From an uncultured Pseudomonadota bacterium (GTDB taxonomy: Bacteria; Pseudomonadota; Alphaproteobacteria; Rs-D84), in assembly GCA_949290785.1 (NCBI GenBank), contig CASETE010000013.1, forward strand, positions 72,361-136,360: 64,000 nt of DNA, written 5' to 3'. How positions within the stretch are numbered: the stretch's first letter is position 1; every line of letters starts with the position of its first letter. Shown here in pieces: positions 57,501 through 64,000 of the stretch. Below the pieces are notes generated by a model. That model was not told the origin of the DNA and did not search any database. It worked only from the letters and a program-made list of their open reading frames with translations. Made by a program: the position numbers and the translations under genes.

Positions 57501-57758
57501 ACAGATGATAAGGTAAGCCAATGCGGTGAATGCAAAAATAAATACAGCAGCCTTGGTGAAATAGCTGTCAGCAGTTATGTGCGCGGTTGTGAAATAGCAT
57601 CTTGTATGTATCAAGGCGAATTGTATAACTTGGAAAACAACGAATGCGTTCCAATTTGCCCGCAAGAGATGTATGAAGACGAAACCGGAACTATGGTGTG
57701 GGATAAGAATAAGAAAAAGTGCGTCCGCACATGTAAAGACGGTTATACAATGTGGTAA
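51594..57758 (+). CDS. giant secreted cysteine-rich modular surface protein
   Basis: Uninterrupted 2054-aa ORF. Signal peptide MEKIRSFLGVLVSLFVISIPGKVLA/AD. Recurrent CxxCPxGxYCxGG and CPxGGTSxxGAxSxxxCYK frameworks. Four Listeria-Bacteroides-type repeats. Has its own promoter-like and terminator elements. Confidence 0.85.
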   Translation: MEKIRSFLGVLVSLFVISIPGKVLAADVYVCNELIEYVECNANFYLAGNTCEACPSGQYNFGNGNSQNWQSTTPDANSNAACECPEFWAAQGGGTQVIYGEVCVPQTIECKPGEYFDTGTKKCTICPAGYYCPGGEIQPANVTLNGGKINCPKGYPYSETGAKAITECYRGETEVKWTGVQKECKLPENCASVKCEECSLPNCKFKIYCNADGLTDAPLPPCDEPCEQKIVYLEANPGAYTVGTEGCKMCPEKYQDGPGVTSEADCIYYETKYGKQLDPALPSGCTDMKLGTCTPKTCQVVHTYGGETTPCTPQDCTKPITSVTAAENNYASGTSCIACEAGYTAPAGATDPKECTKQCSVKCTKPTCPENSENCEITESFIVGKENQVDKVCDAVPQVCEMTFSCKKGYKEYEGQCIPETYTVSYNCGTGGGVAPGGSSQQYGGQYQIAANTCTKPGFNFVGWGDGTSVQQPGKITWNYTSDITFTAQWEPCPNDPSAVGTCGCAEKQYPNGNGCSDCVVSCQSEAEFNQGSYNVCNSETTSRCYRNCTTSDVSHSSAVTGTITKGGTNTCKASACLANYFLDNGQCMACVENATCPGGTESFKCNTGYHTSADGDSCEPDEYKITLNKNGGTGDINGYTGTTDAVQTCQYGVLCYLPTEGLTRTGYEFTGWGDNAGCTSGVLQDTFTSSKTLYACWSQQTTQCQAGKYYDGENHIECPSGKFCPGTGSANIGQPGCASDCPIGYDGSTPGASAATACYKNCGGKSITGGTATVVAPKVFYNGSSYPACTYNVTCNEGYVAAGQGTAGATCTKCQDGEYCPGGSGESPEDCPAGSYCEEGIKKDCPVGGTSQSGAGSINECYKVCPPTLEIANGQGVSTGNQYYDGSVYPECLFNANCDENYVAINSPSTNPACIWGDPGDCPVGFYCPEDGSGPIPCPDGGTSLAGSTAVTQCYKIFDPYSEFQNGVASAKCYYIEQTSKYERCSILEVQSCKAGYWYATPNAFLCSGTESGYYSPENDIIQTACPTDPSGGAVESSEYADSYTDCYKTCTIEVPNSTSVAAENNTVYGISADAYAACSFAVTCKTGYTVVANNTEAPSCKANEYTVILDKNGGSGSVPASVTCTFDSGSCELPSTTGLTKSGYTVVNRWCSDVNGGTPCYTAGSTVSTNISATGQNTTLYAVWTPNVYAIQLDHQNADVTGTPNTAYLKYATGWFSDASAASPLTNMTRIPTKTGYEFAGYYSAVSGGTQVINATGLFQTATNALTFTVAPATIYARWAAGTTTCDAGSYYPGTGTLCSVCTENNYCPGGSFATDSGQAEGLHACPSNGTSPSGAASVNECYKTDLNYTATHGSGTQTCYYNPTEFDYTSACQDKKITLCHAGYYLAETSDTDCSAVGIGYYSQGTGTVRTQCPNNGLTESDTSTMIQDCYKDGVPYTAVYGSGTQRCFYSSGVGASAVYQRDCDTKVINSCWGGYWLENPYDTDCVPVGKNYYSNTGDTERFACPSNGKTESNTAEEIKQCYKDGLPYTAAQHGTGEYLCYYTSGTGDSAIYASSCETPTMTSCDAGYYYNKVQKEDDCIAVGIGYYSPDIETSRSQCPDNGLTETTTSAAITDCYKTGLSCTITNGQGTQTCNYNPGSSNYSGSCRPCVVTQCDEGFSLVDNTCITCPAGSVCYDGKQQTCSELTGGQYTESDPGTTDVAKCYKNCTVAENAVSMSGRDYYTAPDTCSIDKCISGYVLDNNSCTQCPSGSYCDGMSENACTGLGDGSWANSLPGASDANSCYKTCETRPVINGTAIPIKDTVFYPEECEFRGESDSGNPCEIIDGVCVESSCSPDQEMKNGACVPCDRENALSYKPTGNCQVASCIYGYHPRGDMCEYDIKECNIPNAVYAEQKWDNKLQAFGPCKILECDDRYHLASNACVSNIQQCNVNNGVGFKEWDSAKNTWGKCVANECDPGYTSDPSETDDKVSQCGECKNKYSSLGEIAVSSYVRGCEIASCMYQGELYNLENNECVPICPQEMYEDETGTMVWDKNKKKCVRTCKDGYTMW
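52856..53063 (+). repeat. Listeria-Bacteroides-type repeat 1 (protein-level)
   Basis: YTVSYNCGTGGG...TKPGFNFVGWGDG...ITFTAQW. Confidence 0.6.
53463..53687 (+). repeat. Listeria-Bacteroides-type repeat 2 (protein-level)
   Basis: YKITLNKNGGTG...TRTGYEFTGWGDN...KTLYACW. Confidence 0.7.
53868..56951 (+). repeat. array of 79-103-aa cysteine modules each closed by (E/D/Q)-C-Y-K (protein-level, diverged)
   Basis: The Cys of CYK falls at nt 53868, 54177, 54456, 54735, 55623, 55890, 56166, 56448, 56712 and 56949 (aa 759, 862, 955, 1048, 1344, 1433, 1525, 1619, 1707, 1786). Modules 1344-1619 align well (CYKDG-PYTA--GSGTQ-C-Y...C-AGYY...DC--VGIGYYS...CP-NG-TE). Confidence 0.7.
54912..55435 (+). repeat. 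Listeria-Bacteroides-type repeats 3 and 4 (protein-level)
   Basis: YTVILDKNGGSG...TKSGYTVVNRW...TLYAVW and YAIQLDHQNADV...TKTGYEFAGYY...TIYARW. Confidence 0.7.
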
Positions 57759-57766
57759 AACCCGAT

Positions 57767-57794
57767 GCCCCGATAACATATATCGGGGCTTTTT
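57767..57794 (+). terminator. intrinsic terminator after the giant gene
   Basis: GCCCCGATA-ACATA-TATCGGGGC 9-bp hairpin followed by T5. Confidence 0.75.
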
Positions 57795-57835
57795 ATTGAT
57801 AGATTTTTATAATAAACTTTGCTATCTATTATATT

Positions 57836-58990
57836 ATGAAAACATATGATGTAATTGTCGTTGGCGCAGGTGCGGCGGGTCTGTGGGCCGCAGGCGTAGC
57901 ATGCAACAGAAACAAAAAAGTGTTGGTTCTTGATATGGGCGCCCAACCTGCCCGCAAAGTTGCTGTATCTGGTGGCGGACATTGTAATTTTACGAACGCC
58001 TCTGTGGCAAGACATAAGTATTTCGGCGAAAACCCAAATTTTGTTAACAGTGCATTAAGTCGCCTAACGCCTGCTGATATACTGCAATGGGCTAAACAAA
58101 ATAATATACAATGGACAGAAAAAACGCCCGGACGATATTTTTGCACAGGTCCTGCTACTAATGTTTCAAAAGCGTTAACCAAAAATTGTCAAACCGCAGA
58201 TATATTATCTAACACAAAAGTTATTGATATAGATAAGCAAGACTTGTTTTATGTAAAAACGAACAAAAGCACTTATACTTCCAAGTCTGTAATAGTTGCC
58301 AGCGGTGGTTTGTCTTACCCCGTTTTAGGGGTATCGGATATAGGATATCGGGTTGCTAAAAAATTCGGTCATAAAATAGTACCCGTTCGCCCTGCTTTAT
58401 GTGCCATAACAACAAAATTATTTCCTAATATATTTGCTGGGATATCTTTAAATGTATGCATTACCATAGGAAAAGAACAAATTGTTGACTCTATGTTGAT
58501 AACACATTTTGGCTTAGGAGGACCCGCCATATATCGCACAACCGTTAGAAATCTTGATACAGATATACATATAAATCTTTTACCGAATATAAATGTGTAC
58601 GAGTGGTTAAAACACGAAAAACAAACAAACGGTAAAAAGAAAATAACAAATATTTTATCAATTAAACTTCCTGACCGCATTGCTATGTGGTTGATAAAAG
58701 AACAACCAAAAAATATTGCGGATTACAAAGATGCAGATTTGCAAAAACTTGCACAATATATGTCTGACATAACAATTTCAAAAGATTCCTTTAAATTATA
58801 TAACATACAAAGTGCCGAAGTTGTACGTGGCGGCGTTTCTACGGATGAAACATCCTCTAAAACGCTAGAATCTAAATTATGCCCTGGTTTATTCTTTGCC
58901 GGAGAGGTCTTGGATATAACGGGGGATTTAGGCGGTTTTAATTTACATTGGGCTTTTGCTAGCGGGCAAATCGCAGGCGAAAACGCGTGA
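57836..58990 (+). CDS. HI0933/BaiN-like FAD-dependent oxidoreductase
   Basis: YDVIVVGAGAAGLWAA dinucleotide motif, VSGGGHCNFTN, C-terminal GLFFAGEVLDITGDLGGFNLHWAFASG. Confidence 0.8.
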   Translation: MKTYDVIVVGAGAAGLWAAGVACNRNKKVLVLDMGAQPARKVAVSGGGHCNFTNASVARHKYFGENPNFVNSALSRLTPADILQWAKQNNIQWTEKTPGRYFCTGPATNVSKALTKNCQTADILSNTKVIDIDKQDLFYVKTNKSTYTSKSVIVASGGLSYPVLGVSDIGYRVAKKFGHKIVPVRPALCAITTKLFPNIFAGISLNVCITIGKEQIVDSMLITHFGLGGPAIYRTTVRNLDTDIHINLLPNINVYEWLKHEKQTNGKKKITNILSIKLPDRIAMWLIKEQPKNIADYKDADLQKLAQYMSDITISKDSFKLYNIQSAEVVRGGVSTDETSSKTLESKLCPGLFFAGEVLDITGDLGGFNLHWAFASGQIAGENA

Positions 58991-59053
58991 CAGAAAATAA
59001 ACCTGTTAAAAAAATCTATTTTATGTACTACTGTTTATCCAAAGGCATATGAA

Positions 59054-59938
59054 ATGAAGGAAAAAATCTTTACCGCCAATGACGGCAAACAAATATTTTG
59101 TACATTGTGGGACAATGTAAAACAACCAATTGGCGTTGTGCAAATTATTCACGGTATGGACGAGCATGTGTTACGATACGATAGATTTGCTAAATTTTTA
59201 AACAAAAATGGCTTTATTGTTTTTGGTGACGACCATCGCGCACATGGTAGAACTGCCAGTACCATTGATAAAATAGGAACGACAGACGGCAACAAAGATT
59301 TGTTTAAATCTATTTTATCTGATGAAATTGATATTATGCAATATTTACATAACGAATATAATCTGCCTATCGTTTTATTTGGGCATAGTTATGGCAGTTT
59401 TATAACCCAAGCGATGATTGCAAAAACAAATATACATAGCGCTGTATGCTTGTGCGGTTCCGCAAAATTCTGGTGGATATACTTATTTATGGGCAGGTTA
59501 TTATCATGGTTAGGTTGCCAACTTGTCGGTAAAGACAAGCCCGCAAACATAATAGAATATATGTCTCCGATCAGGACAAAAAAGAACGGCGAAAGTCGTC
59601 TGACGCGTGATAAAGCGCAAGTAAAAGCACATGAACAAGACAAATACTATCCACGCAAATTTTCGTACGGTTTTTACTATTCCATGTTTAATAACTTGTT
59701 ACATTTAAAACGTACAGCCGCGCACAACATCCCAATGCTTATAATCAGCGGCGAAAAAGACCCAGTCAGTATGAACGCCGTATTAGTCAAAGATTTATAT
59801 AATACATATAAAAGAATGGGAATAAAAAATATTACTATCAAATTATACCCCCAAGCCAGACATGAATTATTAAACGAATTAAATTACAAACAAGTACACA
59901 GCGACGTTCTGGATTTTTTTCTAAGTAGCATCAGATGA
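59054..59938 (+). CDS. alpha/beta hydrolase (lysophospholipase / monoglyceride-lipase-like)
   Basis: HGMDEH, nucleophile elbow GHSYGS, C-terminal ARHELLNE. Confidence 0.75.
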   Translation: MKEKIFTANDGKQIFCTLWDNVKQPIGVVQIIHGMDEHVLRYDRFAKFLNKNGFIVFGDDHRAHGRTASTIDKIGTTDGNKDLFKSILSDEIDIMQYLHNEYNLPIVLFGHSYGSFITQAMIAKTNIHSAVCLCGSAKFWWIYLFMGRLLSWLGCQLVGKDKPANIIEYMSPIRTKKNGESRLTRDKAQVKAHEQDKYYPRKFSYGFYYSMFNNLLHLKRTAAHNIPMLIISGEKDPVSMNAVLVKDLYNTYKRMGIKNITIKLYPQARHELLNELNYKQVHSDVLDFFLSSIR

Positions 59939-59940
59939 TT

Positions 59941-61212
59941 TTATAAAAATATGCGTCTGGCGTCATAGGCAAGCCCTAGCCCAACACTTGATAATTTATC
60001 ACTGGCAGAAATTTCTGCACCTGGGAAGAATTTGGCTGCAATATCATACACTCGCGGTACTTCGGTTGAACCACCCGTCAAGATTACTAATTCTATATGT
60101 TCTTTCTTTATACCCGCTTGTAACACACATTCTGATAAACGTTGTTCTATTTTTGCAACATCATTTGATATCGCCTTATTAAACTCTTCGCGAGTTATCT
60201 GCACAGACGGTTTGTCAGATATAAAATCTAAAACGCTTTCAAAACTCAAATCTTTTGACAATGCTATTTTTGTCTTTTCAACATAATCCAAATTTATATG
60301 CCCTAAGCCGTTTTGTATCACTTCATATAAACGAGCAAGTTTTTCCGGTTGTAACGCCCACGTCTGATAGCCTTTTACCAGATTTAACGTCTTATAATTA
60401 TAAACGTCATTTACCTGATTCCATGTAGACAGATTTATATAAATGCTATTCGGTATACTTAATACCTTGTCATAAACCTTGTAATCCGTGCCCATACCAA
60501 GAACCGGCATAAAAGAACTTAAAGACAAGTTCTTATCAAAATCATTTCCGCCAATTCTAACGCCTGTATTTGCCAAAACGTCTTTGGTTCTGTCCGCTTT
60601 ATTTCTGTTTCCTGGTGAAAGACGTATAACTGTAAAGTCCGAAGTACCACCACCAATATCTATAACGCACGCTAATTGTTCAGAGTTAATTTTTTGTTCG
60701 TGTGCAAAAGCAGCAGCTATTGGTTCATATTGAAAACAAACATTTTTAAAACCTGCCTTGTGTGCAATTCGTTCAAGTTCTTGTTGAGCTTTATCGTCTG
60801 CAGCTGGGTCATTATCACGAAAATGTACGGGGCGCCCCATAACAACAGATTCTACTGGCTCTTCTGCTGACGCGTCTATTTTTTGCTTCATATAAGAAAT
60901 GAAAGCGCCGATTATGTCATCAAATCTAACCATACGTCCGTTTATTTGCGTACTGCTGTCCATAAGTGGCGTCCCTAGAATCCTCTTCATGCTTCGCATA
61001 AAGCGACCGACCGTTTCAGAATTCACGTATTTTTGTTGGGCAGTTCTACCATAAAAAACTTCGCTTGATTTTTCAGGAAAATATAAAGCAGTAGGAATTG
61101 TGTTATGTCCGCTTTCTACATCAACCATCCTTGGGGCATTTCCATTAGTTATTGCAGCCGATGAATTACTTGTACCGAAATCAATACCCGCAACATAACT
61201 TGCCATAACCAC
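59941..61212 (-). CDS. Hsp70-family ATPase without substrate-binding domain (YegD-like)
   Basis: GIDFGTSNS, IDIGGGTSDFTV, LTGGSTEVP. 423 aa, actin-like ATPase fold only. Confidence 0.8.
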   Translation of the reverse strand: MVMASYVAGIDFGTSNSSAAITNGNAPRMVDVESGHNTIPTALYFPEKSSEVFYGRTAQQKYVNSETVGRFMRSMKRILGTPLMDSSTQINGRMVRFDDIIGAFISYMKQKIDASAEEPVESVVMGRPVHFRDNDPAADDKAQQELERIAHKAGFKNVCFQYEPIAAAFAHEQKINSEQLACVIDIGGGTSDFTVIRLSPGNRNKADRTKDVLANTGVRIGGNDFDKNLSLSSFMPVLGMGTDYKVYDKVLSIPNSIYINLSTWNQVNDVYNYKTLNLVKGYQTWALQPEKLARLYEVIQNGLGHINLDYVEKTKIALSKDLSFESVLDFISDKPSVQITREEFNKAISNDVAKIEQRLSECVLQAGIKKEHIELVILTGGSTEVPRVYDIAAKFFPGAEISASDKLSSVGLGLAYDARRIFL

Positions 61213-61327
61213 CCCCTTAAAAAATTATACAAAGATTATAATATCTGCTTATAAATGCAAGTTTTTTTATTGTAATTGCTTGCACGGAATAAAAACTCTG
61301 ATAAACTAACATAAAGGAGTCTTGATT

Positions 61328-62317
61328 ATGAAACCGTTATATCCGTCTACGCTTCAATCTGGCGATACCGTAATGGTTATTGCCCCAAGTAGTCCAAGCA
61401 CTTATATCCATGAAAATGTTATGCAAGTTGCCAAACAACGTTTTGAAGAGCTTGGTCTGAAAGTTGTTTTTGCGCCAAATTTTAATTCTGATTTATTTAT
61501 CAGCACACCAGAAAGTATTCAAAAACGTGTTGATGATATTCATACTGCTTTTGCAGATAAAAACATAAAAGGAATTTTCACAATACTAGGTGGTCATCAT
61601 TGTAATCAATTATTGGACTTGCTAGATTTTGATTTAATAAAAAATAATCCAAAAGTATTTTGCGGATTCAGTGATATAACAGCATTAAATAATGCAATAT
61701 TGTCACAAACAGGTTTAGTAACTTTCTGTGGACCGCATTATTCAAGTTTCGGTATGTTACGTGGTTTTGAATTTACTATGGATGCTTTCAAAAAAGCAAT
61801 AATGAGCGATAAAGAATTTGATATCAGCGTCAGCCCCGAATGGTCCGATGACCCATGGTATAAAAACCAAGACAATCGCACTTTCGTCACAAACAATGGT
61901 GCCCAAGTTATGCACGCTGGCACAGCACATGGCAATCTGATTGGTGGCAACTTATCAACATTTGCGCTACTGCAAGGGACAAAATATATGCCGTCCGATT
62001 TTGATGATATAGTTTTATTCGTGGAGGATGATTCTGAATCCAGCGAAGACACGTTTATACGTCAATTAAATGGCGTTTTGATGCAAGACTTTGCAAATAA
62101 AATTCGTGGCATATTGGTTGGTCGGTTTCAAAAAGAAACGAACCCGAACACATCGACAATATATCAAACGATAAAGAACCGCCTGCCAAATGTACCTGTG
62201 ATAATGGATTTAGATTTCGGTCATACAACGCCCCTGTTAACAATCCCAACGGGTGCATGGTGTGAAATAAATGCAAGTGATAATAATTTTGAAATAACAA
62301 TCAGTCGCAAGGAATAA
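61328..62317 (+). CDS. S66-family LD-carboxypeptidase (LdcA/MccF-like)
   Basis: ATG 61328 follows AAAGGAG. GDTVMVIAPSS, CGFSDITAL (Ser nucleophile), DLDFGHTTP. Confidence 0.8.
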   Translation: MKPLYPSTLQSGDTVMVIAPSSPSTYIHENVMQVAKQRFEELGLKVVFAPNFNSDLFISTPESIQKRVDDIHTAFADKNIKGIFTILGGHHCNQLLDLLDFDLIKNNPKVFCGFSDITALNNAILSQTGLVTFCGPHYSSFGMLRGFEFTMDAFKKAIMSDKEFDISVSPEWSDDPWYKNQDNRTFVTNNGAQVMHAGTAHGNLIGGNLSTFALLQGTKYMPSDFDDIVLFVEDDSESSEDTFIRQLNGVLMQDFANKIRGILVGRFQKETNPNTSTIYQTIKNRLPNVPVIMDLDFGHTTPLLTIPTGAWCEINASDNNFEITISRKE

Positions 62318-62319
62318 CC

Positions 62320-62655
62320 ATGAATACTTGGTCTTTTAATAATGACGAACTGTTTGAACTTGTGCGTTGTGGGCGCAAAACAGCAACCTGCTCTATATTA
62401 GATGCCGAACCTTTATCTAAACCTGGCGACATTGAACAGATTGTAAATTCAAAAGGTGAGATAATAAAAATACAAATCACAAAAGTTGAAATTAAACGCT
62501 TTTGCGACATAGACGAAGAATGGGCAAAGAAAGAAGGCGAAGGCGATTTATCGCTTGCTTATTGGCAAAAAGTGCACAAAGAGTTCTTTACGAAATATTA
62601 TGAAAACTTTACACCAGAAACAAAACTAGTATGTGAGGAGTTTGTATTAATATAA
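62320..62655 (+). CDS. ASCH domain protein
   Basis: LVRCGRKTATCS...PGDIEQIV...IKIQITKVEIKRFCDIDEEWAKKEGEGD. Starts 2 nt after the previous stop. Confidence 0.7.
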   Translation: MNTWSFNNDELFELVRCGRKTATCSILDAEPLSKPGDIEQIVNSKGEIIKIQITKVEIKRFCDIDEEWAKKEGEGDLSLAYWQKVHKEFFTKYYENFTPETKLVCEEFVLI

Positions 62656-62669
62656 CAAAAGGCAAAAAA

Positions 62670-63389
62670 ATGAAGCTAATATTGTGTGGTGGCGGTTGGG
62701 CAGAAAAAACTGTCATACCAAACAAAGTCTTTGAAAGTTTAATAAAACCCGACAAACCAATTCTGTATATTCCACAAGCGCGCGACCGTGACCCTGCGGA
62801 TTATATCACTTGTAAAACTTGGCTACTTGGCGAATTCAAAGATATAAAACACGGCGAAATTGATACAGTTGAATCTTTGTCCGAGGTTATTCATAAAAAC
62901 TTATCTGATTATGCGGCTATTTTTATTGGCGGCGGAAATACATTTAAGTTATTAAAAGAACTGAAAGAATCCGGCGCCTTCAACAAAATTCAAGAATACA
63001 TAAACAATAACGGTTTGGTTTATGGCTGCAGTGCTGGTGCATGCATATTTGGAAAAGATATAGACATATGTCTGTACGCAGACCCAAATTTAGTAGAATT
63101 AAAAGATACCAGTGGCTTTAATTCTGCATTTGGCTTTTCTTTGGCGGCACACTATACAAATAAAAATGCCGAACGGACACAGCAGGCAACAGATTTTTTG
63201 ACTGAATATTCACACAAAGAACCTGTAATTGCCCTGCCCGAAGAAGACAGTTTATATATAAATGGAGATACGGTTGAAGTAATTGGCACCCGACCATATT
63301 ATGTATTTAACCAAGGTAACCGAATGCAATTTGAACCAAATGTTAAATACAAAACAGACGAGTTTATCAGAACTGTAAAAGCGGTATAA
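62670..63389 (+). CDS. S51-family peptidase E-like protein
   Basis: IFIGGGNTFKLLKELKESG and GCSAGACIFG (Ser nucleophile). Confidence 0.75.
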   Translation: MKLILCGGGWAEKTVIPNKVFESLIKPDKPILYIPQARDRDPADYITCKTWLLGEFKDIKHGEIDTVESLSEVIHKNLSDYAAIFIGGGNTFKLLKELKESGAFNKIQEYINNNGLVYGCSAGACIFGKDIDICLYADPNLVELKDTSGFNSAFGFSLAAHYTNKNAERTQQATDFLTEYSHKEPVIALPEEDSLYINGDTVEVIGTRPYYVFNQGNRMQFEPNVKYKTDEFIRTVKAV

Positions 63390-63822
63390 TATACTGCTCA
63401 TAATACTGTCGCATATCTTCAAATGGTGTGATGTTTGGATTTAATAGCTCTTTTGGCTCTATCCATACAACAGATATTTTCTCTGGTCTGTTTTCACGAA
63501 ATGTCAAATCCGTATTGTTCGGCATTTTTGCAACAAAGAAATGATGTTCCTCATTCCACGCACCACGCTTTTCCGCACGCGCTATATTGGGGTGTTTAAA
63601 AGAATATGGTACAGGTACAGCAACTGCAACATCCGCCAAACTTGCGGCTGCGCTTCCCAATTCTTCAGTTAATTCACGTTTCAAAGCCGTAATAAAATCT
63701 TCGCCGTCATCTAGGCGGCCACCAATTGTGCCAAACCCATTTTCCCCATACTGTAATAAAGCCACACGACCGTCGGAGCGAATAGGTAAAACATAAGCAG
63801 AAAAACTTTTGTCTTTAATCAT
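63367..63822 (-). CDS. NUDIX hydrolase
   Basis: Nudix box GGRLDDGEDFITALKRELTEELG. ATG 63822 follows AAAGG. Overlaps the convergent S51 gene by 23 nt. Confidence 0.8.
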   Translation of the reverse strand: MIKDKSFSAYVLPIRSDGRVALLQYGENGFGTIGGRLDDGEDFITALKRELTEELGSAAASLADVAVAVPVPYSFKHPNIARAEKRGAWNEEHHFFVAKMPNNTDLTFRENRPEKISVVWIEPKELLNPNITPFEDMRQYYEQYIIPLLQF

Positions 63823-63868
63823 TATATAACCTTTATATTTATATAATATATTTATCATAAATATATGA

Positions 63869-63897
63869 TTGCAAACAACAAAATTAAATTGTATACT
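63869..63897 (+). promoter_or_regulatory. candidate sigma-70 promoter for a gene starting near 63991
   Basis: TTGCAA (63869-63874), 17 nt, TATACT (63892-63897). An ATG at 63991 after AAAAGG runs off the window. Confidence 0.45.
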
Positions 63898-64000
63898 ACT
63901 AGTGAAACAGATTTTAAACGCCTTTACCGCCGGGCTTTGACTATTTAATCTCTGTCATTTCCATAAACAAATCTAATAAAAGGTTTACACATGACTGCTT

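Noticed and set aside
51633-57779. Many 60-158-aa minus-strand and off-frame ORFs inside the giant Cys-rich gene
   Set aside because: A single 6.2-kb frame is open with coherent repeat architecture. The others are by-products of its biased codon content.
51397-57835. Giant gene as a tRNA-adjacent genomic island
   Set aside because: No integrase is present. There is no direct repeat of the tRNA 3' end downstream of the gene (57759-57835). Flanking genes look like ordinary chromosome.

Overview
This is an AT-rich (roughly 40% GC by eye), densely coding bacterial chromosome segment. I saw no transposase, integrase, phage or CRISPR signal. Most of it is housekeeping: gpmI, tadA, rsmD, rplY, dnaK, pfk, gdh, rpsP-rimM-trmD-rplS, tsaD, xseA, recN, an AddA-type helicase-nuclease, rpoD, cysS, a fused accD-accA, ihfB, peroxiredoxin, amiC, prfB with its +1 frameshift, rubrerythrin, obg, tsaB-rimI, five tRNAs and a tmRNA. 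Several markers suggest an alphaproteobacterium-like, possibly host-associated and oxygen-sensitive lineage (inference). They are a permuted two-piece tmRNA with an ANDN-type tag, the AddA type, DUF1013-like and DUF2155-like proteins, and a conserved XRE regulator. The main non-housekeeping content is a set of Sec-signal, cysteine-rich exoproteins I cannot assign to a characterised bacterial system. One is a 2054-aa mosaic giant (51594-57758). A four-gene unit at 26-5043 encodes two more, next to a CPVC membrane protein. A paralog lies at 40189-41436. Other points worth a second look:
- a Lon-like ATPase that ends exactly where the protease domain should begin
- AddA split at the helicase/nuclease junction
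- a decayed tRNA-Gly copy with a 92-nt hairpin insertion
- tandem Cys-His-Asp paralogs between tsaD and xseA
- an AT-rich ORF wedged into the rimM-trmD operon
- a PagL-like/PAP2 pair

All family calls come from motif recognition by eye. No database search, folding or covariance model was run, and RNA and regulatory coordinates are approximate.
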